Source: Dysgonomonas sp. UBA5412 (GTDB taxonomy: Bacteria > Bacteroidota > Bacteroidia > Bacteroidales > Dysgonomonadaceae). From it: 64,000 bases of DNA. The notes beneath the pieces are model-generated. The model was not told the origin of the DNA, did no database searches, and worked only from the letters and a program-made list of their open reading frames with translations. The stretch lies in assembly GCA_002409595.1 (NCBI GenBank), contig DHNQ01000029.1, positions 400,839 to 464,838 on the forward strand, written 5' to 3'. Of this stretch, positions 37,749 to 47,548 are shown piece by piece (the first letter of the stretch is position 1; every line of letters begins with the position of its first letter). Both the position numbers and the translations under genes were made by a program.

Positions 37749-38591
37749 TTATTTTACTTCAGCATTAGTATCTTCTTCTTCTTTCTGTAAACTCAGATAA
37801 GTTTCGCTTTGCAATTGCTGTTGGGCTTCATGCAATCTCAAAATATGATCCTTAAAACCTAAGTTACGTTGCAATTTATTAAATGCTTCTTTTGCAGCCT
37901 TTTGTTGCGATTCCTTCTTCGAGTAACCGGTTCCCACACCGGCTTGTTCGCCTAGTATGACGACTGCCGTTTTGAATATAGGAGTATTATTCTCATCAAC
38001 AAAGCTATCAATAAGATCAAAGCTTACCGATATTTTTTGCTTTTGGCTCCATTCTATCAAACGAGACTTATAATTTGCTTCTAACTCTGCAACAGTCTCT
38101 ATATTCAAATGTTGCTGTATAAGCTTCTCAAAAACAAATCTTTTAGCAGCCCGATATCCCTGATCCAGATATATAGCTCCAATCAATGCCTCAAGAGCAT
38201 TTCCATACATATGCGTATTGGGAGTTGTGTTTCGTGTCGAAGATTTTATCAGCTTATCAATTCCAATCTCTAAGGCTAATTTATTTAAGGTCTCACGCTG
38301 GACTATTTTCGAACGCATGTTGGTAAGGAATCCCTCTTTTTTATATTCGAACTCCTTAAATACAATATCAGCAACTATGGCATCAAGAATAGCATCACCC
38401 AAAAACTCTAACCGTTCATTATTTATCCATCTACCATCTTTCAATTTTATTGAAGAAGATTTGTGTAGTAGAGCCTGATCGTATAAAGTTATGTTATAAG
38501 GGCAAAATCCTAATATTTTGCTAAAAGATACGTAAGGCTCCTTCCCTCTTTTAGGAAGAAGCCTTATACCTCGATATATTTTTCTAAACAC
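37749..38591 (-). CDS. rnc: Ribonuclease III
   Basis: 'NNERLEFLGDAIL', 'NALEALIGAIYLD', dsRBD 'GYSKKESQQKAA'. Confidence 0.97.
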   Translation of the reverse strand: MFRKIYRGIRLLPKRGKEPYVSFSKILGFCPYNITLYDQALLHKSSSIKLKDGRWINNERLEFLGDAILDAIVADIVFKEFEYKKEGFLTNMRSKIVQRETLNKLALEIGIDKLIKSSTRNTTPNTHMYGNALEALIGAIYLDQGYRAAKRFVFEKLIQQHLNIETVAELEANYKSRLIEWSQKQKISVSFDLIDSFVDENNTPIFKTAVVILGEQAGVGTGYSKKESQQKAAKEAFNKLQRNLGFKDHILRLHEAQQQLQSETYLSLQKEEEDTNAEVK

Positions 38592-38599
38592 GTTGTGTT

Positions 38600-39862
38600 T
38601 TATTTCTTAAACTTTTTTACTATAACACAAGCATTATGTCCTCCAAACCCAAAGGTATTGGATAAAGCTACATTAACTTCGCGTTCTTGTGCTTTATTAA
38701 AGGTCAAATTTAATTTGTAATCTATATCAGGATCTTCATCTCCTTCCGTAAAGTTGATTGTCGGAGGCACTATATTATTCTGGATAGACAGCACACAAAA
38801 CATTGTTTCTAATGCTCCGGCAGCACCTAACAAGTGACCGGTCATAGATTTTGTGGAGCTGATATTCAGATTATATGCGTGCTCGCCGAATACCTCTTTT
38901 ATAGCCTTTATTTCCGAAGGGTCTCCAACAGGTGTAGATGTTCCATGCACATTGATATAATCCATATCGCTAGGATTAAGATTAGCATCTTGCAAGGCAT
39001 TTCTCATCACCAATTTTGCGCCTAAACCATCAGGATGTGACGCTGTTAGATGATAAGCATCTGCCGACATACCACCGCCTGCAACTTCTGCGTAAATTTT
39101 AGCACCACGAGCTAAAGCATGTTCCAGTTCTTCAAAGATAAGACATGCCGATCCCTCTCCGATAACAAATCCATCGCGACTCGCACTAAATGGACGTGAT
39201 GCTGTTTGAGGAGAATCGTTGCGTGTAGAAAGAGCTGTCATTGCATTGAAGCCACCAACACCCGATGCTGTAATAGCAGCCTCAGCACCACCTACTATCA
39301 TAACATCTGCCTTGCCCAATCGGATATGATCGAACGCAGATATAGCACTATGTGTAGAAGAAGCGCAAGCCGATACAGTACCATAATTTGGTCCTCTAAG
39401 GCCATGACGGATAGAAATCAAGCCTGATGCAATATCCGAAATCATCTTAGGGATAAAGAACGGATTGAACTTCGGTCCCATATCTTCGTGTGTAAAATAA
39501 TATCCAACTTCTTCTTCAAAAGTTTTGATACCACCTATACCGGCAGACATGATAACTCCGATTCTATCGCAATTTTCTGTAGCAAAATCTAACTTTGAGT
39601 CAGCTATTGCTTCTTCCGAAGACCCGATAGCCAACAATGTATATCTGTCACATTTGCGAATTTCTTTTCTATCTAAATATTTAGACGGATCGAAATCTTT
39701 TACTTCGCAAGCGAACTGTGTTTTGAATTTTGACGCATCAAAATGAGTAATAGGTCCAGCCCCACTCATTCCCTTGAGGGCATTGCCCCATGTAGTCTCT
39801 ACATTGTTACCAAGAGGTGATATTGAACCTAGACCTGTTACTACTACTCTTTTTAATTCCAT
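38600..39862 (-). CDS. fabF: 3-oxoacyl-ACP synthase II
   Basis: 'SACASS', 'HGTSTPVGD', 'TGHLLGAAG', 'NTFGFGGHN'. Confidence 0.97.
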   Translation of the reverse strand: MELKRVVVTGLGSISPLGNNVETTWGNALKGMSGAGPITHFDASKFKTQFACEVKDFDPSKYLDRKEIRKCDRYTLLAIGSSEEAIADSKLDFATENCDRIGVIMSAGIGGIKTFEEEVGYYFTHEDMGPKFNPFFIPKMISDIASGLISIRHGLRGPNYGTVSACASSTHSAISAFDHIRLGKADVMIVGGAEAAITASGVGGFNAMTALSTRNDSPQTASRPFSASRDGFVIGEGSACLIFEELEHALARGAKIYAEVAGGGMSADAYHLTASHPDGLGAKLVMRNALQDANLNPSDMDYINVHGTSTPVGDPSEIKAIKEVFGEHAYNLNISSTKSMTGHLLGAAGALETMFCVLSIQNNIVPPTINFTEGDEDPDIDYKLNLTFNKAQEREVNVALSNTFGFGGHNACVIVKKFKK

Positions 39863-39883
39863 ACTTAAAATTTGGAAAAAAGA

Positions 39884-40120
39884 TTATTTTGCATTTGCTT
39901 CAATGTAAGAAACTGCGTCTCCTACTGTAGCGATTTTTTCAGTTTGATCATCTGGAATAGAAATACCAAATTCCTTTTCGAATTCCATGATTAATTCTAC
40001 TGTATCAAGTGAATCAGCTCCTAAGTCGTTAGTGAAGCTTGCTGTATCTGTTACTTCAGATTCTTCAACACCTAACTTATCAACAATAATTGCTTTCACT
40101 TTTGATGCTACTTCTGACAT
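39884..40120 (-). CDS. acpP: Acyl carrier protein
   Basis: '[12 protein letters not shown]'. Confidence 0.98.
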   Translation of the reverse strand: MSEVASKVKAIIVDKLGVEESEVTDTASFTNDLGADSLDTVELIMEFEKEFGISIPDDQTEKIATVGDAVSYIEANAK

Positions 40121-40229
40121 AATTTTTAGTTTTGATTAATAATAATTTTTTTATTTCTAATTTTGTCGGTGCAAAGTAACAGTTTTTTATATATATGAAA
40201 CAAATATTTTGTTGATAAAATAGTTAAAA

Positions 40230-40256
40230 CTGCACATTATTTTTATTTGTGTGCAG
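40230..40256. promoter_or_regulatory. Palindrome CTGCACAT-N11-GTGTGCAG in the acpP/purN divergent spacer
   Basis: Arms at 40230-40237 and 40249-40256; same core and 11-nt spacer as the 17107-17133 palindrome. Confidence 0.55.
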
Positions 40257-40275
40257 CTATATCAAAAATTACAGA

Positions 40276-40842
40276 ATGAAAAAAATAGCCATTTTTGCCT
40301 CAGGATCAGGATCTAATGCAGAAAATATCATTAATTACTTCTCAAATAAGCCTTATATAGAAGTGTCTCTCATTGTATCTAATAAAGAGGATGCCTATGT
40401 GCACCAACGGGCAAAAAAGCTAAATATAGAAGCTGTAACATTCACAAAACGAGATTTTGAGACAACCAATAAGGTTGTGGATTATCTGAAAAACAAGGAT
40501 ATAGACTTCATCGTTCTAGCCGGTTTTTTGCTAAAAGTACCTCACAATCTGCTGGATCAATATCCTGACAAAATCGTTAATATACATCCAGCCCTACTTC
40601 CAAAGTTTGGAGGAAAAGGTATGTATGGAGACAATGTACATAAAGCAGTAGTAGAAGCAGGTGAAACAGAATCGGGAATAACCATTCATTATGTGAATGA
40701 AAATTATGACGAAGGCAATATTATATTTCAGGCAACATGCCCGATATTGAAAACCGACACTTATGAAGACGTTGCAAAAAAAGTGCATACACTTGAGTAT
40801 ATACACTTTCCCATTATCCTTGATCAGTTATTAAAAAAATAA
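40276..40842 (+). CDS. purN: Phosphoribosylglycinamide formyltransferase
   Basis: 'IFASGSGSNA', 'NIHPALLPKFGG', 'YDEG'. Likely start ATG 40276. Confidence 0.96.
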   Translation: MKKIAIFASGSGSNAENIINYFSNKPYIEVSLIVSNKEDAYVHQRAKKLNIEAVTFTKRDFETTNKVVDYLKNKDIDFIVLAGFLLKVPHNLLDQYPDKIVNIHPALLPKFGGKGMYGDNVHKAVVEAGETESGITIHYVNENYDEGNIIFQATCPILKTDTYEDVAKKVHTLEYIHFPIILDQLLKK

Positions 40843-40850
40843 CATCTTCT

Positions 40851-41843
40851 TTATTTTATCTTACGCATTACCGGCTGACTGGCAGGTCTAACACCGTTAG
40901 TTGGAGATTCTGACTCATTCGACTGAATCCATTGATCATTTACAGTTCGTGATATTACCCTTGTCCGACCATCTGAAACTCGTTCTTCTTCGCTTTTTTT
41001 TGCTGCATTAGAATCCTCAGTATCCTTGATCACAACATCCACAGTTTTCCCATCAGCAGTCGTTTCTCTTCTTACAACCGGTAAAGGTGCTGGTTCAGGA
41101 CGTTTTTTCAAAACAGTAGGGTCTACTACCGCAGCAGAAGCCGTTGTCCGCTGTTGCATAAAATCATTAGTCAGGTAAACCGGAATTTTCAATCGGTCCA
41201 ATGTCTTATCTGAAACCAAAAACCATATCTCCCCATAAGGATTACCGGATGCCGTGTTAGTTACCCTAGTCTCCCTTTTTATTACTTCTCCGGGAAAAAG
41301 CTCGCTTACAACAGAATGAGCAACCTCAACTCCATTTATATAATATGTAGGTTTACCATCAAAATTCACATATCTAGAAGCCAGTTCCTCTACCGATGTT
41401 TCCCTTATTTTGAGGAGACTATCAGCGATCTGACTGGCAACCTGCTCTTTCTTTCTGCGAGAGCGATGCTCTCTTGCCAATCGAAAAGCTAAAGCATCGT
41501 TATTTCCATTATTTAATTTTTTCTCTAAATCAACTTCGCGCAAGAGACGATCAACATCTAATGCAGCCTCTTCCAATCCGCTATAATCCGACTCATTATC
41601 CAGAAATATAGAATCTACTTCGGCAGTATGAGTTTTGCGGAACAAGAAATCAGCATATGAGTCTCTCAATCCACTACCCACAGTATTTACCACCTTAGTA
41701 GTTTCTCCATTACTAAGGGTATACTTCTTCTTCCCTATCTCTTCCGCCTCCCGTTTAGTAGGCGCTCTGTATATTTGAGCAGAAACAAGTATAGGAAATA
41801 CTACCATTAATATTAATAGTAAAATGTACCTGTTTACATTCAT
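40851..41843 (-). CDS. Exported hypothetical protein with a central plug-like segment
   Basis: Signal peptide ending VSA|Q; 'KPTYYINGVEV...LFPGEV...NPYGEIWF'; low-complexity C-terminus. Likely start ATG 41843. Confidence 0.6.
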   Translation of the reverse strand: MNVNRYILLLILMVVFPILVSAQIYRAPTKREAEEIGKKKYTLSNGETTKVVNTVGSGLRDSYADFLFRKTHTAEVDSIFLDNESDYSGLEEAALDVDRLLREVDLEKKLNNGNNDALAFRLAREHRSRRKKEQVASQIADSLLKIRETSVEELASRYVNFDGKPTYYINGVEVAHSVVSELFPGEVIKRETRVTNTASGNPYGEIWFLVSDKTLDRLKIPVYLTNDFMQQRTTASAAVVDPTVLKKRPEPAPLPVVRRETTADGKTVDVVIKDTEDSNAAKKSEEERVSDGRTRVISRTVNDQWIQSNESESPTNGVRPASQPVMRKIK

Positions 41844-42057
41844 TTTTAAGCTCGTTTTTCTAAGTTTATGTTTATACAAAATATGCTTGAATATTGTTGC
41901 AAAGATATATGTTTTTTCTATAAAGTCATTCGTAATCACATTATTTAGCAAATACACAAAATATTTTAAGTCTTTTATAAACTTATGATTATTGATAAGG
42001 TTGCAGATAATTGTTATATTTGTGTATTAGAAAATCAACTATAAAAAATATTAATTC

Positions 42058-43698
42058 ATGGCAACACCTCCGTTTAAGTATCAGGAGACTTTTCCTCTAG
42101 GAAAAGACAAAACTGAGTATTATCTCTTATCTAAAGATTATATATCAACAGCAGATTTTGAAGGTCAGGAGATATTGAAAGTAGCACCCGAAGCTTTAAC
42201 TTTGCTTGCACAACACGCTTTTCACAATGTAGAATTCTTGCTTCGCCCCGAACATCAGGCGCAAGTAGCAAAAATTCTATCCGATCCCGAAGCCAGTGAT
42301 AATGACAAGTTCGTTGCATTAACATTTCTTCGCAATTCCGAAATCTCAGCAAAAGGAATATTACCTTTCTGTCAAGATACGGGAACAGCTATAATAATGG
42401 GCAAAAAGGGTCAAAATGTATGGACCGGCGGAAATGACGAAGAAGCATTATCGAAAGGAGTATATAACACCTTTACACAAGACAATCTTCGCTATTCGCA
42501 AAATGCACCATTAGACATGTATAAAGAGGTTAATACAGGAACTAACCTTCCTGCCCAGATTGACTTATATGCCATAAATGGAAACGAATATAAATTTTTA
42601 TTTGTCGCTAAAGGTGGAGGTTCAGCTAACAAAACTTATTTGTACCAGGAAACAAAGGCTTTGCTGACTCCTGAAAAACTAGAACCATTCCTTGTCGAAA
42701 AAATGAAATCATTAGGTACAGCCGCATGTCCTCCCTACCACATTGCATTTGTTATTGGAGGTACATCTGCTGAAACAAATCTGAAAGTGGTAAAACTAGC
42801 TTCTACCAAATATTATGACGAATTGCCTACCTCAGGCAATGAAGGAGGGCAAGCTTTCCGCGACTTGGAAATGGAAGCCAAGCTACTAAAGGCTGCACAA
42901 GAACTTGGTCTAGGAGCTCAATTTGGTGGTAAATTTTTCGCTCACGACATTCGTGTAGTTCGTATGCCTCGCCACGGAGCATCATGCCCGGTAGGAATGG
43001 GAGTTTCTTGTTCGGCAGACAGAAATATAAAAGGTAAAATTAATAAAGACGGTATCTGGCTAGAAAAACTGGAAGACAATCCGACTCGTTTAATACCTGA
43101 AGAGCTTCGTCAGGCAGGAGAAGGCGGTGGTGTAAAAATAGACCTTAACCGTCCGATGAAAGAAATTTTAGCAGAATTGACCAAATATCCGGTTTCTACA
43201 CGTTTGTCCCTTACGGGTACAATTATAGTAGGGCGTGACATTGCCCATGCTAAACTGCAAGAAAGAATAGACAAAGGTGAAGGGCTTCCTCAATATATAA
43301 AAGATCATCCTATATATTATGCAGGTCCGGCAAAAACCCCTAAAGGATATGCCAGTGGCTCTATGGGTCCAACTACCGCAGGTCGTATGGACTCTTATGT
43401 AGACTCATTCCAATCTCATGGAGGAAGTCTGATTATGATCGCTAAAGGTAACCGTAGCCAACAGGTAACAGATGCCTGCAAGAAGCATGGTGGCTTCTAT
43501 CTAGGCAGTATCGGAGGACCGGCTGCGATCTTGGCTCAAAACAGTATAAAGAGTTTAGAGTGCCTCGAATATCCTGAATTAGGAATGGAAGCTATCTGGA
43601 AAATAGAAGTTGTGGATTTCCCTGCATTTATATTGGTAGATGATAAAGGAAATGATTTCTTCAAGCAACTAAAACCCGTAAACTGTTCAATGTGCTAA
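42058..43698 (+). CDS. Class I (Fe-S) fumarate hydratase
   Basis: 'PFCQDTG', 'AKGGGSANK', 'GTAACPPYH', 'RHGASCP', 'GPTTAGRMD'. Confidence 0.96.
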   Translation: MATPPFKYQETFPLGKDKTEYYLLSKDYISTADFEGQEILKVAPEALTLLAQHAFHNVEFLLRPEHQAQVAKILSDPEASDNDKFVALTFLRNSEISAKGILPFCQDTGTAIIMGKKGQNVWTGGNDEEALSKGVYNTFTQDNLRYSQNAPLDMYKEVNTGTNLPAQIDLYAINGNEYKFLFVAKGGGSANKTYLYQETKALLTPEKLEPFLVEKMKSLGTAACPPYHIAFVIGGTSAETNLKVVKLASTKYYDELPTSGNEGGQAFRDLEMEAKLLKAAQELGLGAQFGGKFFAHDIRVVRMPRHGASCPVGMGVSCSADRNIKGKINKDGIWLEKLEDNPTRLIPEELRQAGEGGGVKIDLNRPMKEILAELTKYPVSTRLSLTGTIIVGRDIAHAKLQERIDKGEGLPQYIKDHPIYYAGPAKTPKGYASGSMGPTTAGRMDSYVDSFQSHGGSLIMIAKGNRSQQVTDACKKHGGFYLGSIGGPAAILAQNSIKSLECLEYPELGMEAIWKIEVVDFPAFILVDDKGNDFFKQLKPVNCSMC

Positions 43699-43720
43699 TA
43701 AAGTATTTATTGAAATAAAT

Positions 43721-43754
43721 AAAAAAGGCTAATCTTGTAGGATTAGCCTTTTTT
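43721..43754 (+). terminator. Terminator after fumarase
   Basis: AAAAAAGGCTAATC / GATTAGCCTTTTTT. Confidence 0.8.
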
Positions 43755-43792
43755 CATTTATCTGATAATTGTACTTTTGGGGTAATAAAAAA

Positions 43793-43826
43793 TAAAAGCC
43801 TGACTAGATCCTAGTCAGGCTTTTTA
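43793..43826 (-). terminator. Terminator after rplT
   Basis: AAAAGCCTGACTAG / CTAGTCAGGCTTTT. Confidence 0.8.
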
Positions 43827-43840
43827 TCGTAAAGCAGTAA

Positions 43841-44185
43841 TTATTTTACTTTAGCTACAATTGCTTTGAAAGCCTCCGGATGATTCATCGCCAAGTCGGC
43901 AAGAACTTTACGGTTGATTTCAACACCATTTTTGTGAAGAGCTCCCATTAGGCGAGAGTAAGACATTCCTTCAAGACGTGCAGCTGCATTGATACGTTGT
44001 ATCCAAAGTGCACGGAAGTTGCGTTTTTTAGCACGACGGTCACGGAATGCATAAGTCAGACCTTTTTCCCAAGTGTTCTTGGCTACTGTCCAAACGTTCT
44101 TTCTTGCACCGTAATAACCTCTTGTTAGTTTTAATACTTTTTTTCTGCGGTTGCGTGACGCAACATGATTGACTGATCTAGGCAT
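43841..44185 (-). CDS. rplT: 50S ribosomal protein L20
   Basis: 'MPRSVN', '[15 protein letters not shown]', '[10 protein letters not shown]'. Confidence 0.99.
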   Translation of the reverse strand: MPRSVNHVASRNRRKKVLKLTRGYYGARKNVWTVAKNTWEKGLTYAFRDRRAKKRNFRALWIQRINAAARLEGMSYSRLMGALHKNGVEINRKVLADLAMNHPEAFKAIVAKVK

Positions 44186-44289
44186 AATTTAAATGTTTTG
44201 AATGTTAGCGGTTCCCTTTTCTTTTTAAGAAACTCTTTGGTGCATACATCCGGTTAATAAATCTTTTAACTTGCTTAAAAAAAACAAAA

Positions 44290-44487
44290 TTATTTAAGAG
44301 CTAATAATTTCTTCACTGCTTTTTCATCCACTTTGTGAACTGTGCTAGTGTGAGTTAAGTTTCTCTTTTGTTTTTTTGTTTTCTTAGTCAAAATGTGACT
44401 TTTGAAAGCATGTTTTCTTTTGATTTTTCCTGATCCGGTAAGGGCAAACCTCTTTTTGGCACCGGAATTAGTCTTCATTTTTGGCAT
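44290..44487 (-). CDS. rpmI: 50S ribosomal protein L35
   Basis: '[14 protein letters not shown]'. Confidence 0.99.
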   Translation of the reverse strand: MPKMKTNSGAKKRFALTGSGKIKRKHAFKSHILTKKTKKQKRNLTHTSTVHKVDEKAVKKLLALK

Positions 44488-44532
44488 CTCAGTTTATTAA
44501 TTTAATTATTTAAAGACAATTAATATAATTGT

Positions 44533-45162
44533 TTATTCTTCTTTCTTTTCTTCTTCTTTATCCTCTTTCTTCTCTACAACTTTTTTTCCTGCATCTTTAG
44601 GTTTAGCCGGCGCTGTATTTTTAGGAGGGGTCTTCTTAGGAGAAAGCATCATAATCATTCTTTTTCCTTCAAGAGCCGGGAGTTGATCCACTTTTCCATA
44701 ATCTTCCAATTCTGTTGCAAAGCGAAGAAGCAATACTTCTCCTTGTTCTTTGAATAAAATAGAACGACCTTTAAAGAAAACGTATGCTTTCAATTTTGAT
44801 CCTTCTTCAAGGAAACTTTTTGCGTGTTTAAGCTTAAAGTTAAAATCGTGATCATCAGTTTGAGGTCCGAAACGGATTTCTTTAACTACAACTTTCACAG
44901 ATTTAGCCTTAGCTTCTTTCTGTTTCTTTTTTTGTTGATACAGAAATTTTTGATAATCGGTAATTCTGCAAACAGGAGGTTCTGCTGTGGGAGAAATTTC
45001 AACCAAGTCCAACTCTAAGTTATCGGCCAAGCGTAAAGCTTCTTGTATAGTATATACACCTTGCTCTACATTGTCGCCGACTAAGCGAACTTCTCTTGCA
45101 CGGATATTTCCGTTGATCTTATGTAACTCTTCTCTACGATTATTAAATCTGTTGTTTCTCAT
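44533..45162 (-). CDS. infC: Translation initiation factor IF-3
   Basis: '[13 protein letters not shown]', '[14 protein letters not shown]'; K/E/P-rich tail. Confidence 0.98.
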   Translation of the reverse strand: MRNNRFNNRREELHKINGNIRAREVRLVGDNVEQGVYTIQEALRLADNLELDLVEISPTAEPPVCRITDYQKFLYQQKKKQKEAKAKSVKVVVKEIRFGPQTDDHDFNFKLKHAKSFLEEGSKLKAYVFFKGRSILFKEQGEVLLLRFATELEDYGKVDQLPALEGKRMIMMLSPKKTPPKNTAPAKPKDAGKKVVEKKEDKEEEKKEE

Positions 45163-45341
45163 TCAAAAACTGTTAGAATTATCCTGTATCTTTTTATTTT
45201 GTTTTTATTTATATTCTTTATTAGTAAAATAAAGCCGGATGCAAAGGTAATAAAAAACTTATCGAATATATAAAATTCTTATATCTTTTTAATCTTAAGA
45301 GGGGTGGCTTATATTTCTGTAGCTAACACATTTACATATCC

Positions 45342-45375
45342 AAAGAAAAACCCTCCAAAAAGATAGAGGGCTTTC
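45342..45375 (-). terminator. Terminator after thrS
   Basis: Minus strand AAAGCCCTC...GAGGGTTTTTCTTT; a separate infC promoter (TACCTTTG, 45242-45249) follows. Confidence 0.6.
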
Positions 45376-45396
45376 CAGATATATCAGTTTAAATGA

Positions 45397-47349
45397 TTAG
45401 GCTTCGTGTTCCCATGCATTCATCATTTTTTCTATCTCCTCATTCAATTGGGCTGCAAAGCTAGTAAATTTCATAGAACCTTTATCTCCTTCGCCTTGTT
45501 TTCTCACAGACACTTCTTCTGTCTCAGCTTCTTTTTCTCCAACTATAAGCAAATAAGGGATTCTTTTCAACTCGTTATCTCTAATTTTCCTACCAATTTT
45601 TTCATTTCGGTCATCCACCTGCGAGCTTATTCCCTGTTGCTTCAAATAGCCCGATACCCGATACGCATAATCATTGAATTTTTCGCTGATTGGCAATACA
45701 ACAGCCTGATCGGGAGCCAGCCATAATGGGAATTTACCTGCTGTATGTTCAATCAAGACAGCTATAAAGCGCTCCATAGATCCAAATGGCGCACGGTGAA
45801 TCATTACCGGACGGTGCTTCTGATTGTCAGCTCCGGTATATTCCAACTCGAAACGTTCAGGGAGATTATAGTCTACTTGAATAGTACCTAGTTGCCAACG
45901 GCGTCCCAGAGCATCCTTTACCATGAAGTCCAATTTAGGACCATAGAAGGCAGCTTCTCCAAGTTCTACTTTGGCGCGCAAGCCCTTTTCTTCACAAGCT
46001 TCTATAATAGCACGCTCAGCTTTTTCCCAATTTTCGTCGCTACCAATGTATTTTTCTTTATTGTTCGGGTCACGCAAAGATATTTGAGCTTCAAAATTTT
46101 CAAAATCCAATGCTTTGAAAATGATAAAGATGATATCCATTACTTTCAGAAACTCTGTCTTCAGCTGATCGGGAGTACAGAATAAGTGAGCATCATCTTG
46201 AGTAAAACCTCTCACACGGGTCAATCCATGAAGTTCTCCACTTTGCTCGTAACGATATACTGTTCCGAATTCTGCTAAACGCAAAGGAAGATCTTTATAT
46301 GAGCGAGGAACAACTTTATATATCTCACAGTGGTGAGGACAGTTCATCGGCTTCAACAAAAATTCTTCGCCTTCTTCCGGTGTATGTATAGGCTGGAAAG
46401 AATCCTGACCATATTTTGCATAGTGTCCCGAAGTTACATAAAGCATTTTACTACCAATATGTGGGGTCATCACTTGTTGATATTCAAATCTTTTTTGAAT
46501 CTTCTTCAAAAAATCTTCGAGTTTCAATCGCAACTGTGTTCCACGAGGAAGCCACAACGGAAGTCCTTTTCCTACATTTTCGGAGAATGCAAACAATTCG
46601 AGTTCTTTACCTATTTTGCGGTGATCTCGTTTCTTAGCCTCTTCGAGCATGACAAGGTATTCGTCCAACATTTTCTTCTTAGGAAAAGTGATCCCATAAA
46701 GACGTGTCAGCTGTTTACGCTTCTCATCACCTCTCCAATATGCTCCTGCGGCACTAAGTATCTTTACTGCCTTAATGTATGAAGTATTGGGTAAGTGAGG
46801 ACCACGACAAAGGTCGGTAAAAACGCCCTGTGTGTATGTTGTTATCGTTCCGTCTGCAAGATCATTGATGAGCTCAACTTTATAATTTTCATGACGGCCT
46901 TCAAACATTTTTAAGGCATCAGCCTTCGATATACTCTGACGTCTGATTTCTTCTTTGTTGGCAATCAGTTCCATCATTTTTGCTTCGATTTTTGGAAAAT
47001 CAGCATCTTTGACCGGTGTATCACCAAAATCTATATCGTAATAAAATCCGTTTTCGATAGCAGGTCCGATACCAAATTTGGCGTCAGGATACAATATTTG
47101 TACGGCTTCGGCCATAAGGTGAGCAGAAGAATGCCAATAGGCATGTTTACCATCTTCGTCTTCCCATTTCAATAATTCGATCGTAGAATCTGTATCAATA
47201 GGCCGGGTCAGATCCCAAACTTGTCCATTGACTTTGGCGGCAAGCACTTCTTGTGCCAGACGCGAACTGATACTTTCTGCTACTTGCATCGAGGTGGTGC
47301 CTTTTGCAAACTCACGCACCGAACCATCCGGAAATGTAATTTTTATCAT
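45397..47349 (-). CDS. thrS: Threonine-tRNA ligase
   Basis: 'WHSSAHL', 'DLCRGPH', 'RDHRKIG', 'KPMNCPHH', 'FYGPKLD'. Likely start ATG 47349. Confidence 0.98.
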   Translation of the reverse strand: MIKITFPDGSVREFAKGTTSMQVAESISSRLAQEVLAAKVNGQVWDLTRPIDTDSTIELLKWEDEDGKHAYWHSSAHLMAEAVQILYPDAKFGIGPAIENGFYYDIDFGDTPVKDADFPKIEAKMMELIANKEEIRRQSISKADALKMFEGRHENYKVELINDLADGTITTYTQGVFTDLCRGPHLPNTSYIKAVKILSAAGAYWRGDEKRKQLTRLYGITFPKKKMLDEYLVMLEEAKKRDHRKIGKELELFAFSENVGKGLPLWLPRGTQLRLKLEDFLKKIQKRFEYQQVMTPHIGSKMLYVTSGHYAKYGQDSFQPIHTPEEGEEFLLKPMNCPHHCEIYKVVPRSYKDLPLRLAEFGTVYRYEQSGELHGLTRVRGFTQDDAHLFCTPDQLKTEFLKVMDIIFIIFKALDFENFEAQISLRDPNNKEKYIGSDENWEKAERAIIEACEEKGLRAKVELGEAAFYGPKLDFMVKDALGRRWQLGTIQVDYNLPERFELEYTGADNQKHRPVMIHRAPFGSMERFIAVLIEHTAGKFPLWLAPDQAVVLPISEKFNDYAYRVSGYLKQQGISSQVDDRNEKIGRKIRDNELKRIPYLLIVGEKEAETEEVSVRKQGEGDKGSMKFTSFAAQLNEEIEKMMNAWEHEA

Positions 47350-47548
47350 TTTGTTTCTATTTATATTATGCAACTCCTACAAACAAGCTGCTTTTGAATT
47401 TGCAAAAATAATCAATTTTACAGACTTAATGATATTATAAATTAGATTTTATAATAGATAATCTGTATGAATGATTGTGAAGAATATCTGAAAATAAATA
47501 AACCTTCATGCAACAACATGAAGGTTTATTTACATATCTCAAGAATGA

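Noticed and set aside
45160-45162. Possible AUU start of infC
   Set aside because: An in-frame ATG is present at the expected position.
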